This document shows, one piece after another, positions 8,589 to 18,882 of a stretch of 64,000 nucleotides of DNA (within the stretch, counting starts at the first letter, position 1; every line of letters starts with the position of its first letter). Source of the stretch: Meiothermus sp. (GTDB lineage Bacteria > Deinococcota > Deinococci > Deinococcales > Thermaceae); contig NZ_JBBINI010000014.1 in assembly GCF_037443965.1 (NCBI RefSeq), positions 6,431 to 70,430 of the forward strand. The letters run 5' to 3'. The position numbers and the translations under genes were made by a program. Under the pieces are notes generated by a model. That model worked only from the letters and a program-made list of their open reading frames with translations, was not told where the DNA came from and made no database searches.

Positions 8589-9494
8589 TCATACCAAATC
8601 CACATCCTTGCCCCGGCGGCGATAGATAGCCAGCCCGATCAGGGTCATGAGCATCAGGCCCAGGCTGATCGCGGCCCCATAGGGCCAGTCGCGGCTGGCG
8701 TAGAACTGCTGCTGGATCAGGTTGCCCACCAGCAGGTACTTGGCCCCGCCCAGCAGGTCGGGAATCACGAACATGCCCATGGCCGGGATAAAGGTCAGGA
8801 TGATGCCCACCGTGAGGCCCGGCAGGGTCTGGGGCCAGATGGCCTGGAAGAAGGTGCGGATGCGGCTGGCGTAGAGGTCCTGGGCGGCCTCCACCAGGCT
8901 CCAGTCCAGCCGCTCCACGCTGGAGAAGAGCGGCATCACCACAAAGGGTAGAAAAGCCGTAATCATGCCAATATAAACCGCCAGCGGGCTGGGGTAGAGG
9001 CCGGAATCGGGGGCCAGCAGGCCCAGGGCCTGGGCCAGTTTGGCGAAGGGAAGGTCGGGGGCCAGGAGCATCTGCCAGGCGTAGGCGCGGATGACCAGGT
9101 TGGTCCAGAAGGGAATAATCACCAGGGCCAGCCAGAGGTAGCGGGTGCGGGGGGGGCGGCTGGCGATGAAGAAGGCCAAGGGATAGGCCAGCACGATGCA
9201 GATGAGGGTGGTCACGAAGGCCACCCAGAGGCTTCGCAGCAGAATCAGGATGGTGTCGGGGCTCCAGCCGAAGATGCCGTAGCCCAAAAGGCGGCGGTAG
9301 TTTTCCAGGCTGAAGTTCCAGACCACCTCGCCGTACGGTCCCCGCTCGGCAAAGGAGAGGGCCACCAGCGAAAGACCGGGGATCACCAGCAGGCCCAGAA
9401 TCCAGATGGCGGCGGGCAGCAGGAACCACAGCCCCCGGCGGTAGAGCTGGGCCGGGGTGGTCAGCTCGCCGAACCAGACCACGCGCCTATTCAT
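8589..9494 (-). CDS. potB: Polyamine ABC transporter permease PotB
   Basis: IIPFWTNLVIRAYAW, EAAQDL, FIPAMGMF, DWPYGAA. Confidence 0.9.
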   Translation of the reverse strand: MNRRVVWFGELTTPAQLYRRGLWFLLPAAIWILGLLVIPGLSLVALSFAERGPYGEVVWNFSLENYRRLLGYGIFGWSPDTILILLRSLWVAFVTTLICIVLAYPLAFFIASRPPRTRYLWLALVIIPFWTNLVIRAYAWQMLLAPDLPFAKLAQALGLLAPDSGLYPSPLAVYIGMITAFLPFVVMPLFSSVERLDWSLVEAAQDLYASRIRTFFQAIWPQTLPGLTVGIILTFIPAMGMFVIPDLLGGAKYLLVGNLIQQQFYASRDWPYGAAISLGLMLMTLIGLAIYRRRGKDVDLV

Positions 9495-10593
9495 CCAGCA
9501 CCACCAAGGAATCTACAGGTAGCTCGGCCCAGAGTTCCTGCCCGGCCTGCAGGGTGGGGTGGGGGGTGGTGCGCACCCGGAGTTCGCAGGGCTCGAGCCA
9601 GACCTCCTGATAAGCCCCGCGATAGACCGCCTCGCGCACCCGCACCCGGAGGGCGTTCTGCCGGGGTTCTACCTCGGATAGGCGCACCCGCTCGGGCCGA
9701 ATGGCCACATAGCCCTCGTCCCAGGGGGGGGTCTGGCTCAGGGCCAGCTTGCCGTAGGGGGTGTCGAGGCCCAGGGGCAGCCTTTGGCCCCGAATCAGGT
9801 TGGCCGCACCCAAAAACTCGGCGGCGTAGCGGGTGCGGGGCCGCTCGTAGACCTCGTCCGGGGTACCGACCTGCTCGAGGTGGCCCATCCGCATCAGGGC
9901 GATGCGATCCGAGACCGCCATGGCCTCGTCCTGGTCGTGGGTGACCAGGATAAAGGTCAGGCCCAACTGCTGCTGGAGCCGCCGGAGCTGTACCTGTACC
10001 TCGGCCCTGAGCTTGGCGTCGAGGGCGCTCATGGGCTCGTCCAGCAAGAGCACCTGGGGCTCGTTGACCAGGGCCCGGGCCAGGGCCACCCGTTGCTTCT
10101 GGCCGCCCGAAAGCTGGTGGGGCAGCCGCTCGGCAAAGCGCTCGAGCTGCAACATCTCCAGGCCGTACCTCACCCGTCGCTCCACCTCGGCCTGGTTCAT
10201 GCGGCGGCTTTTGAGGCCAAAGGCGATGTTTTCCCGCACCGTAAGGTGTGGAAACAGGGCGTAGCTCTGAAACACCGTATTGACCGGGCGGCGGTTGGCA
10301 GGGAGGGGTGTAAGGTCTTGGCCCATCAGCACCACCCGGCCCTCGCTGGGCACCTCGAGGCCGGCAATAATCCGCAGCAGGGTGGTTTTGCCGCAGCCCG
10401 AGGGCCCCAAAAGGGTGAAGAACTGGCCCGCAGGCACCTCGAGGCTCACCCCGCCCAACGCGGTAAAATCGCCGAATTTTTTGACCACGTTCTGTATGGA
10501 GAGGGACTCCCCTGTGGCCGGAGGCCGTATGGCGGCGGTCATGGTTGGCGAACAGATTACCAGAGGGGGCCGGGGGTTGACCAGGGTGGCCAT
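9487..10593 (-). CDS. potA: Polyamine ABC transporter ATP-binding protein (start may be 10542)
   Basis: GPSGCGKT, LSGGQKQRVALARAL, LLLDEP, C-terminal TOBE-like region. Confidence 0.88.
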   Translation of the reverse strand: MATLVNPRPPLVICSPTMTAAIRPPATGESLSIQNVVKKFGDFTALGGVSLEVPAGQFFTLLGPSGCGKTTLLRIIAGLEVPSEGRVVLMGQDLTPLPANRRPVNTVFQSYALFPHLTVRENIAFGLKSRRMNQAEVERRVRYGLEMLQLERFAERLPHQLSGGQKQRVALARALVNEPQVLLLDEPMSALDAKLRAEVQVQLRRLQQQLGLTFILVTHDQDEAMAVSDRIALMRMGHLEQVGTPDEVYERPRTRYAAEFLGAANLIRGQRLPLGLDTPYGKLALSQTPPWDEGYVAIRPERVRLSEVEPRQNALRVRVREAVYRGAYQEVWLEPCELRVRTTPHPTLQAGQELWAELPVDSLVVLDE

Positions 10594-10595
10594 CG

Positions 10596-10625
10596 AAAAA
10601 ACCCGCCCCCTACAGGAGGCGGGCC
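10596..10625 (-). terminator. Rho-independent terminator after the second gabT
   Basis: Minus strand GGCCCGCCTCCTGTAGGGGGCGGGTTTTTT: GC stem plus U-tract. Confidence 0.75.
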
Positions 10626-10638
10626 TTGCACACCGGGG

Positions 10639-11943
10639 CTATTTGGCTTCGTTCAGGGCTTGCTCGAGGCTGGCCTCCAGAATCTCCAGTCCCTTGCGGG
10701 CCTCGGCCTCGCTCACCACCAGCGGCACCAAGCAGCGGATCACGTTGGCGTGCATTCCTGCCTTGAACAGCAGTAAGCCCTTCTCGCGGGCAACCTCGAG
10801 CAGCCGGTTGGTGAGCTGCGGGTCGGGGCTCTTGGAGCTGGGATCTTTGACCAGCTCCATGGCGATCATGGGCCCCAGGCCGCGCACATCCCCCACGCTT
10901 TGGGGGAAGCGGGCCTGAATTTTGCGGAAGCCCTCGTGCAATAGCTCGCCCAGCCTCTGGGCTTTTTCCAGCAGGTTTTCCTGCTCGAACACCTCCAGCA
11001 CGGCCAGCGCGGCGGCACAGGCCAGGGGGTTGCCGCCAAAGGTGCTGCCCAGCCCGCCCACCGCAGGTGCGTCCATAATCTCGGCCTTGCCCAGCACCCC
11101 CCCGATGGGCAGCCCGCCGCCGATGCTCTTGGCGAAGCAGATCAGGTCGGGCTCCACCTCGGCGTGCTCGATGGCCCAGAATTTGCCGGTACGGCCAATG
11201 CCGGTCTGTACTTCGTCGTCAATGAAGACGATGCCGTGCTTCTGGGTGAGGCTTCGCAGGGCCTTGAGGAAGGGCTTGGGGGCCGGTACAAAGCCACCCT
11301 CACCCAGTTGCGGCTCGATGATGATGGCGGCCACCCGCTCGGGCTGAATCTGGGTATCGAAGACCTCGTGCAGCCCGTCCAGGGCCTTGCGCGTGTCTAT
11401 CCCGTGGTACTCGCTGGGGTAGGGGGCGTGGTAGACCTCGGGGGCAAAGGGGCCGAAGTTCTGGCGGTAGGGGTTGGACTTGCCGGTCAGGGTCATGCCC
11501 ATCAGGGTGCGCCCGTGGAAACTGCCGCGGAAGGCGATCACGCCGGGCCGGTTGGTGAAGGAGCGGGCGATCTTGATGGCGTTCTCGGTAGCCTCCACGC
11601 CGGTATTCAGAAAGAATGCTTTCTTGTCGCCGGAGATGGGCGCGGTGGCCGAAAGCCGCTCGGCCAGCTCGATGTAGGGTTCGTAGGCCACCCCAGGAAA
11701 GCAGGTGTGCAGGTAGCGGTGCAGCTGCTTTTCCACCGCCTCCACCACCCTGGGGTGGTTGTGCCCTGCGTTCAGCACCCCAATGCCGCCAAACCAGTCC
11801 AGGTACTCGTTGCCGTCCACGTCCCAGATCTTGCCGCCCTCGGCGCGGGCGATCACGATGGGGTGTACCTGCGAGACACCGCGGGGGACAATTTTATGCC
11901 GCCGCTCGATGAGGGTTTGGTTTTTGGATGGGGTTTGGGTCAT
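10639..11943 (-). CDS. gabT: 4-aminobutyrate aminotransferase
   Basis: 434 aa; DWFGGIG, TGVEATENAIKIAR, FHGRT, DEVQTG, FAKSIGGG, GSTFGGNP. Confidence 0.88.
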   Translation of the reverse strand: MTQTPSKNQTLIERRHKIVPRGVSQVHPIVIARAEGGKIWDVDGNEYLDWFGGIGVLNAGHNHPRVVEAVEKQLHRYLHTCFPGVAYEPYIELAERLSATAPISGDKKAFFLNTGVEATENAIKIARSFTNRPGVIAFRGSFHGRTLMGMTLTGKSNPYRQNFGPFAPEVYHAPYPSEYHGIDTRKALDGLHEVFDTQIQPERVAAIIIEPQLGEGGFVPAPKPFLKALRSLTQKHGIVFIDDEVQTGIGRTGKFWAIEHAEVEPDLICFAKSIGGGLPIGGVLGKAEIMDAPAVGGLGSTFGGNPLACAAALAVLEVFEQENLLEKAQRLGELLHEGFRKIQARFPQSVGDVRGLGPMIAMELVKDPSSKSPDPQLTNRLLEVAREKGLLLFKAGMHANVIRCLVPLVVSEAEARKGLEILEASLEQALNEAK

Positions 11944-12014
11944 AGGTTTCCTCCAGCCGCTCCTAGAGTCTAAACCTCCGGGCAGGCCTTGTGTACCCCG
12001 TGTAGAATCACGCT

Positions 12015-12257
12015 ATGCTTACAAAAGCCCTGCAAACCCTGGGCCTGCTCTTTTGGACAGGTTTTCTGGTCTACTTTACGGCCTACCTCTTCTCGCTCGG
12101 CTACCGGGTGCAGAACCTGGCCCAGTGGGCCCTGATTGCCCTGATGCTCCTGGCCTGGATGGCGGTATGGGCCGGCCATGGCCGCTGGCTGGGGTTGCTG
12201 GTGGGGCTACAGCTTGGGCTGGTGGTGCTTTTGTACCTGCTGAGCCTGCGGCCTTAG
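12015..12257 (+). CDS. Small membrane protein, unknown function
   Basis: 80 aa with about three hydrophobic segments; TAGAAT 6 nt before the ATG. Confidence 0.65.
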   Translation: MLTKALQTLGLLFWTGFLVYFTAYLFSLGYRVQNLAQWALIALMLLAWMAVWAGHGRWLGLLVGLQLGLVVLLYLLSLRP

Positions 12258-12275
12258 ATTAGAGCGAGGTGCCTT

Positions 12276-12959
12276 ATGAACACATCCCCGGTGCAGTTGC
12301 TCTGGCCCACCCCCATCCTGGTTCGTAAGTTTGAAGATGCTGCAGTGGTGAACCCCGAGCTCGTCCGCCTCTTCTACCGCGAACTGGGTGAGCAGGGCTT
12401 GCAGGGAACCGTCTACAGCAGCTCGGATGACATCCTGGTGCGCTACCAGCACCCGGCCCTGCAGGCTTTGTTTAGCTTTATCTCCGACTCGGTTTTTGAA
12501 ATTGCCCGCGCCCTTAACGGGCCCATCTGGCAGCAGGCCGGGGTCAAAAACCTGCGCATGGAGGTGGTGGGGGCCTGGTTCCAGATTCAAAACCGCTTTG
12601 GCTTTCACGACATCCACAACCACGGCAACTGCTCGTGGTCGGGGGTTTACTACGTGCAGCTAGACCCCGTGCAAAAGCGCCAGCAGCACCCGGTGCTGGG
12701 AGCGCTCAACGGCATCACCCGCTTTTACGCCCAGCACCTCAATCTGTTGGGTGGGGCTCATATGGACATGGGCAACGCCTACCTCCAGCAGTCCACCTTC
12801 GACGTAACCCCCGAGGAAGGGGTGCTGGTGGTGTTTCCAAGCTGGTTGCTGCACAAGGCTATGCCCTACGACGGCGAGCGCGACCGGGTGATTGTCTCCT
12901 TCAACGCCCAGGTGCACGGCGAGCAGGGCAACAAGGCCTTCGAGTACGGCTTTCACTGA
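12276..12959 (+). CDS. Putative 2OG-Fe(II) oxygenase (TIGR02466-like)
   Basis: HNHGNCSWSGVYYV and VVFPSWLLH...RVIVSFN motifs. Confidence 0.75.
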   Translation: MNTSPVQLLWPTPILVRKFEDAAVVNPELVRLFYRELGEQGLQGTVYSSSDDILVRYQHPALQALFSFISDSVFEIARALNGPIWQQAGVKNLRMEVVGAWFQIQNRFGFHDIHNHGNCSWSGVYYVQLDPVQKRQQHPVLGALNGITRFYAQHLNLLGGAHMDMGNAYLQQSTFDVTPEEGVLVVFPSWLLHKAMPYDGERDRVIVSFNAQVHGEQGNKAFEYGFH

Positions 12960-13354
12960 AAAGTGATGGTAAAGGAGGTCGGTACACCGTAGCGGAAGGT
13001 GCAGCGATAGGGCTGCCGGATACTGGCCCCTCGGTTGTCAGTGGTATCTACAAAAGACTCGAGGCTTTGTATGCCGTTCTCAGACTTGAGTGCCCGTAGA
13101 TCGTGCCAGAAGCCAGGAAATAGAGTATTGACCGACGAACCCAGCTCCGTTTTCACCTGGGCATAACAGGTCTGGATGGCTTCGTAGCGGGGGAAGAGAA
13201 ATGCCAGAGCAACCCCCACGAACAGCACCAACACCACCCCAAACACCACCAGCGACTCGAGGCGGGCCTTTTCCCTGGCCCGCAGGCGTTCACGTTCGGC
13301 CCGGGCTTCTCGCTCGAGGCGGGCGCGCATTTCCATGGGGGTTTCTTCAGGCAC
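12953..13354 (-). CDS. Hypothetical single-pass membrane protein
   Basis: Charged N-terminus, one TM segment, two Cys in the C-terminal domain. Confidence 0.6.
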   Translation of the reverse strand: MPEETPMEMRARLEREARAERERLRAREKARLESLVVFGVVLVLFVGVALAFLFPRYEAIQTCYAQVKTELGSSVNTLFPGFWHDLRALKSENGIQSLESFVDTTDNRGASIRQPYRCTFRYGVPTSFTITFQ

Positions 13355-13503
13355 GGCTCTCTCCCAAAGTTGGGGCTGATCCGGGATTGGCAGTCTGGTT
13401 GAAAGATGCTTTATATGGGCTGATAGCTTGTCGGAGCATAATTCAGGCGTTGACCAGAGGACGTCCGGCAGCTACTTGATTATGAACTATGACCAAGATA
13501 ACG

Positions 13504-13524
13504 AAAATCCCCCCAGGCGGGGGG
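13504..13524 (-). terminator. Probable terminator after glyA
   Basis: Minus strand TCCCCC-CGCCT-GGGGGA-TTTT. Confidence 0.5.
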
Positions 13525-13545
13525 ACGGCCTTGTAACGCAGGCGT

Positions 13546-14778
<1,233 letters not shown>

Positions 14779-14830
14779 CCTTCAAGTATAGCAACATGAA
14801 ACAAGGCGCCAAATCCAGTAGACTGTAGAC

Positions 14831-15085
14831 ATGAGCGTTTTGGGGCGTATCTCCTTAATTCTAGGGCTTATCCTTCTGATCGTTGCGATTATCCTGGCCA
14901 CGTTGAATTTCATCATCATCCGCGACTACCTGGTAGCCCTCACGGCCCAGCGCAGCCGCGACTTTTACAATGTGAACCCCCGCCTCTGGATTACCTATCT
15001 GGTGATCTTCGGTTCGGGCTTGCTTCTGGGCTTGGGAATGGTCTGGAGTATGATGGCCCGCCGCCAGAGCCGGGCCACTGAGTAA
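14831..15085 (+). CDS. Small two-TM membrane protein
   Basis: 84 aa with two hydrophobic helices; TAGACT 6 nt before the ATG. Confidence 0.65.
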   Translation: MSVLGRISLILGLILLIVAIILATLNFIIIRDYLVALTAQRSRDFYNVNPRLWITYLVIFGSGLLLGLGMVWSMMARRQSRATE

Positions 15086-15089
15086 AACT

Positions 15090-15983
15090 TTGGCAGGCTA
15101 CCTCTATGTCTTGGCTGCCGCTTGCTTGTGGGGCCTGCTGGGGGTGGTGTCCAAGTGGGCTTTTGAGCAGGGGGTCAGCCCCCTCGAGGTGGCCTTCTGG
15201 CGGGCTGCTCTGGGGGCGGTGCTGTTTGGGGCGCAGGCGGCGCTGATGCAAAAAGTGCGCCTCGAGCGCGCCGATGGCTGGGCGGTGCTGGGTTTTGGGC
15301 TGGTGGGCATCTCGCTTTTTTACGGGGCCTACCAGCTTGCCATCGGGAGCGGCGGGGCGGCCCTGGCCGCGGTGCTGCTCTATACCGCCCCGGCCATCGT
15401 GGCCCTGCTCTCCTGGCTTTTTTTGCGCGAGCCCATGGACGCCCATAAGGTGGGGGCGGTGGGCCTGACCCTATTGGGCGTGGCCCTGGTCAGCCTGCAA
15501 GGGGGCGGGGTCAGGGTTACGCCGGCGGCGGTGTTCTGGGGCCTGCTCTCGGCCCTGACCTATGCCACCTACTACCTGTTTGGCAAGCTCTACCTGAACA
15601 AATACAGCACCCCCACGGTGTTTTTGTACGCGCTGCCGGTGGGGGCGCTGGGGCTGCTGCCGTTTGTGCATTTTGTGCCCAAAAACGCCGAAGCCTGGGC
15701 GGCCATCGCCTTCCTGACCGTAGCCTCCACCTTTTTCGCGGTCACGCTCTATTTTGCCGGCCTCCGGCGCCTGGAGGCCACCCGGGCCTCGGTGGTGGCC
15801 ACCATCGAGCCGGTGGTGGCGGCCTTGGTGGCCTGGCTGTGGTGGGGCGAGCGCTTTAGCCTGCTGGGCTACCTGGGGGCCGGGCTGGTGCTGGCGGGGG
15901 TGGTGTGGATGGTGCTCAGGCCGCAGACTGGCGCTACGCCTCTTCGTCCGACTGCAAAGCCTGAACGTCCTCGAGGTCTTTAG
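15090..15983 (+). CDS. EamA/DMT family transporter
   Basis: About 10 TM segments; LWG, YTAP, ATIEPVVA motifs. Confidence 0.88.
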   Translation: MAGYLYVLAAACLWGLLGVVSKWAFEQGVSPLEVAFWRAALGAVLFGAQAALMQKVRLERADGWAVLGFGLVGISLFYGAYQLAIGSGGAALAAVLLYTAPAIVALLSWLFLREPMDAHKVGAVGLTLLGVALVSLQGGGVRVTPAAVFWGLLSALTYATYYLFGKLYLNKYSTPTVFLYALPVGALGLLPFVHFVPKNAEAWAAIAFLTVASTFFAVTLYFAGLRRLEATRASVVATIEPVVAALVAWLWWGERFSLLGYLGAGLVLAGVVWMVLRPQTGATPLRPTAKPERPRGL

Positions 15984-16392
15984 GTCGCCCGGCAGCAATT
16001 TTAGAAGCGACCAGATCGTCGAGCGATACCACGTAAAAAATTTGGCCTTGATAGGTCATGGTGGTTTTGCGCTCCCAGGCGGTATCGAAGTGCAGGCCCG
16101 GTGTGTGGGTCTGCACGTCAATGCGGATGCGGTCTTTGAAAACGGTGATGTCGTTGCTCAGTATTTCTTCCGGGGAGACCAGGGCAGCGGAAGCAATCCC
16201 AGCCTCATATAGGGCATCCAGCAGTTTTGCTGCATTTTCCGGCGTTGCCTCTATCAGTAGGTCGAGGTCGAAAGTGGCCCTGGGAACGCCGTACAAAACC
16301 GCGGCGATTCCACCAATGACCACATACCCTATCGCGGCCTTCGCTATTTTTGCCGCTGCTCCCAGCGGCAAAAAACAAGCGCTAAAAAGCAC
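15934..16392 (-). CDS. Nucleotidyltransferase (DUF6036-like); N-terminus probably disrupted
   Basis: YVVIGGIAAVLYGVPRATFDLD and SKIAAGRPKDLED; 5' part is atypical hairpin-rich DNA. Confidence 0.7.
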   Translation of the reverse strand: MLFSACFLPLGAAAKIAKAAIGYVVIGGIAAVLYGVPRATFDLDLLIEATPENAAKLLDALYEAGIASAALVSPEEILSNDITVFKDRIRIDVQTHTPGLHFDTAWERKTTMTYQGQIFYVVSLDDLVASKIAAGRPKDLEDVQALQSDEEA

Positions 16393-16432
16393 ATATGACG
16401 AATGGAATTGTGCGGTTTTTTCTGAAGGCCGC
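16334..16432. other. ~100-bp element with 9-bp outer inverted repeats and an internal terminator-like hairpin
   Basis: GCGGCCTTC (16334)/GAAGGCCGC (16424); TTTTTGCCGCTG-CTCC-CAGCGGCAAAAA (16347-16374). Confidence 0.55.
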
Positions 16433-16439
16433 TCTTACG

Positions 16440-16649
16440 TCATGGGCGTTCAACGGCGCGAATACGTTTTTGAGGAGACGCAGCATCGTCCTTGGCCGCC
16501 TTCGCAAGCGCGCTGGGATTATTTTGCAGAATGAGATCGGTCATCATCACCAGGTAATCCATCCGCTCCTCGAGCGTCAGGGAACGGAACCAGCGGGCCT
16601 TGGCCTGCAGGGTTTCCTCTGCGCGGTCATGGGAAACGCTCACCCTCAC
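16440..16649 (-). CDS. Small hypothetical partner of the nucleotidyltransferase (TA-like pair)
   Basis: 69 aa, SHDRAEETLQAKARWFRSLTLEERM; directly upstream of the NTase. Confidence 0.65.
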   Translation of the reverse strand: MRVSVSHDRAEETLQAKARWFRSLTLEERMDYLVMMTDLILQNNPSALAKAAKDDAASPQKRIRAVERP

Positions 16650-16731
16650 ATTCTAGATTGTATCAAGAAGCCCTCGAGCCCAGAAACGTCTTGTAGGCTG
16701 GAGTGACGAGGGACTGGTTTGGAGGTAGACG

Positions 16732-18882
16732 ATGCAAGGACGTAAGCTCTGGGCTTTACTGTGGCTGCTGCTTCTGGGCTTCTCCTGGGCCCAGCAGCAA
16801 ATTGCCGTTACCTTCACCTACGACCCCCCCTACGGCCTCGAGGTGCGCTCGGTGAGCCTGCGCGGTAGCTTCAACAACTGGGCTGAGCTGCCCATGCAGA
16901 AAACCGAGGACGGGGTCTGGCAGGTCACGGTGGAGCTGCCGCCGGGCCCCATCCAGTACAAGTTCTTTATCAACGGGCAGTGGCCCAAAGACATGTGCGA
17001 GGACGAGACCTTCGGCACCCCGCAGGTGGACGCCGAGGCCGAGGGCTGCGCCGAGGATGGTCAGGGGGGCCAGAATGCCGTGCGGACAATCGGGCGAGCG
17101 GCAGAAAATCCTACCGATAGCAGCGGGCTGGCCTTCGAGCACGACCCCAGCCAGCCGCGCTTCATCTCGCAGGCGGCAGGCCGCCTGTCGGTGCGCTTCC
17201 AGGTGCCGGTGGATAGCATCCGCTCGGCGGAGCTGCGGGCCGACCGCGACTACCCCTTTGCCCTGCAACTGAGCACGCCTGATGGAGAAACCTGGCGGGT
17301 GGCCCTGCCGCCCGCGCTCCGGCAGTACCGCATTGTGTTGGTGGATAAAAATGACCAGGAGCACACCTTTGGCCCCTTCGAGGTGCCGGCCCAGGCCTTC
17401 CGGGCGGTGGACTGGGTGGCGGGGCGGGTGGGGTATCAGATCTTCCCCGAGCGCTTCTGGAACGGCGACCCCCGCAACGACCGCCGGGCCCTGGAGGCCA
17501 CCCAGGCCCGCTTCGACCAGACCTGGAGCGGCCAGCCCCCCTACCTCTCGCGCTGGAGCGACCCGCCCGGCGACTACCACTGCTGCCAGCAGTACTTTGG
17601 CGGCGACCTGGCCGGGGTGCTGGAGCGCCTGCCGCACCTGCGCGCGCTGGGGGTGAACCTGATCTACTTCAACCCCCTTTTCGAGGCCGGCTCGGTCCAC
17701 GGCTACGATACCCACGACTACGTGCGGGTCTCGCCCAAGTTCGGCGACAACGCCCTGCTCAAGCGCCTGCTGAACGAGGCCCGGCGCCAGGGCATCCGGG
17801 TTATCTTCGACTTCGTGCCCAACCATACCGGCCTGGGCCACTGGGCCTTTCAGGATGTGGTGAAGAAGGGGCGTGAATCGCGCTACTGGAACTGGTACTT
17901 CATCCGCCGGTGGCCCTTCACCCCCGGCGACGGCCGCGCGTATGTGGGCTGGGCCGACCTGGGCAGCCTGCCCAAGCTCAACACCGCCCACCCCGAGGTA
18001 CAAGACTACCTGATCCGGGTCTCCAAGTTCTGGCTCAACTTCGGCTTCGATGGCATCCGGGTGGATGTGGCCAACGAAATCTCCACCGAGTTTGTGCGCA
18101 AATGGCGGGCCGAACTCAAGGCCCTGAAGCCCGAGGTGTATCTGGTGGGGGAGGTCTGGGATCTGCGCCCGCAGTATGTGCAGGGCGACCAGTTCGACTC
18201 GCTGATGAACTACACCCTGGGGCGCGGGGGCTCGCCCCCGGCCCTGGGGGGTATCCTGGGGTTTGCCAAGGGGGGCCCTTTGCAGAGTGGGCGGCGCGTG
18301 CTGGGCGAGCTGGCCCGGGTCTACGCCACCTACCCCGAGGCGGTGGCCGCCATGGGCTTCAATCTGATCGGCTCCCACGACACCCCCCGCGTCCTGACCG
18401 ACCTGGGCGGGGGTGGTTTGCGCGACACCCCCGGCCCGGAAGCCCTGGCCCGGCTGCGGCTGGCCTCGGCCATGCTCTATGCCCTGCCGGGGGCCTCGGT
18501 GATCTTCCAGGGTGAGGAGTGCGGTTTTACCGGCGAGCGCGGGGTGTGGCCCATCAACGAGCTGTACCGCTACCCGTTGCAGTGGGACCAGTGCCGTGCC
18601 GACGTCCTCGAGCACTACCGCTCGCTGGGCCGCTTCAAGGGCCAGCTCAAAGCCTTCCAGAGCCCGCTTTTCCGCACCTACCTGGGCGAGGGCACGCGCC
18701 TGGCTTTTTTGCGGGGGGAGCCGGGGCCGGGCGAGGTGCTGGCGGCCTTCAACAGTGGCCTCGAGGCCGCTCCGCTGCCCCTGCCCCCCGGCCGGTGGCG
18801 CGACGTGGTGGAGGGGCGGATCTACCAGGGACAGGTGCTTTTAGCCGGGCTGGGGTGGCGCTACCTCGAGCACACCCCGTAA
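16732..18882 (+). CDS. Secreted GH13 alpha-amylase/neopullulanase-like enzyme with N-terminal CBM48-like domain
   Basis: Signal peptide; GSFNNW..LPM and YKFFINGQW; HGYDT; catalytic DGIRVDVANE, VGEVW, SHDT. Confidence 0.9.
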   Translation: MQGRKLWALLWLLLLGFSWAQQQIAVTFTYDPPYGLEVRSVSLRGSFNNWAELPMQKTEDGVWQVTVELPPGPIQYKFFINGQWPKDMCEDETFGTPQVDAEAEGCAEDGQGGQNAVRTIGRAAENPTDSSGLAFEHDPSQPRFISQAAGRLSVRFQVPVDSIRSAELRADRDYPFALQLSTPDGETWRVALPPALRQYRIVLVDKNDQEHTFGPFEVPAQAFRAVDWVAGRVGYQIFPERFWNGDPRNDRRALEATQARFDQTWSGQPPYLSRWSDPPGDYHCCQQYFGGDLAGVLERLPHLRALGVNLIYFNPLFEAGSVHGYDTHDYVRVSPKFGDNALLKRLLNEARRQGIRVIFDFVPNHTGLGHWAFQDVVKKGRESRYWNWYFIRRWPFTPGDGRAYVGWADLGSLPKLNTAHPEVQDYLIRVSKFWLNFGFDGIRVDVANEISTEFVRKWRAELKALKPEVYLVGEVWDLRPQYVQGDQFDSLMNYTLGRGGSPPALGGILGFAKGGPLQSGRRVLGELARVYATYPEAVAAMGFNLIGSHDTPRVLTDLGGGGLRDTPGPEALARLRLASAMLYALPGASVIFQGEECGFTGERGVWPINELYRYPLQWDQCRADVLEHYRSLGRFKGQLKAFQSPLFRTYLGEGTRLAFLRGEPGPGEVLAAFNSGLEAAPLPLPPGRWRDVVEGRIYQGQVLLAGLGWRYLEHTP

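Noticed and set aside
8375-8605. 77-aa N-terminal extension of PotC
   Set aside because: Non-homologous, runs through the heptamer repeat; GTG 8374 has a good RBS.
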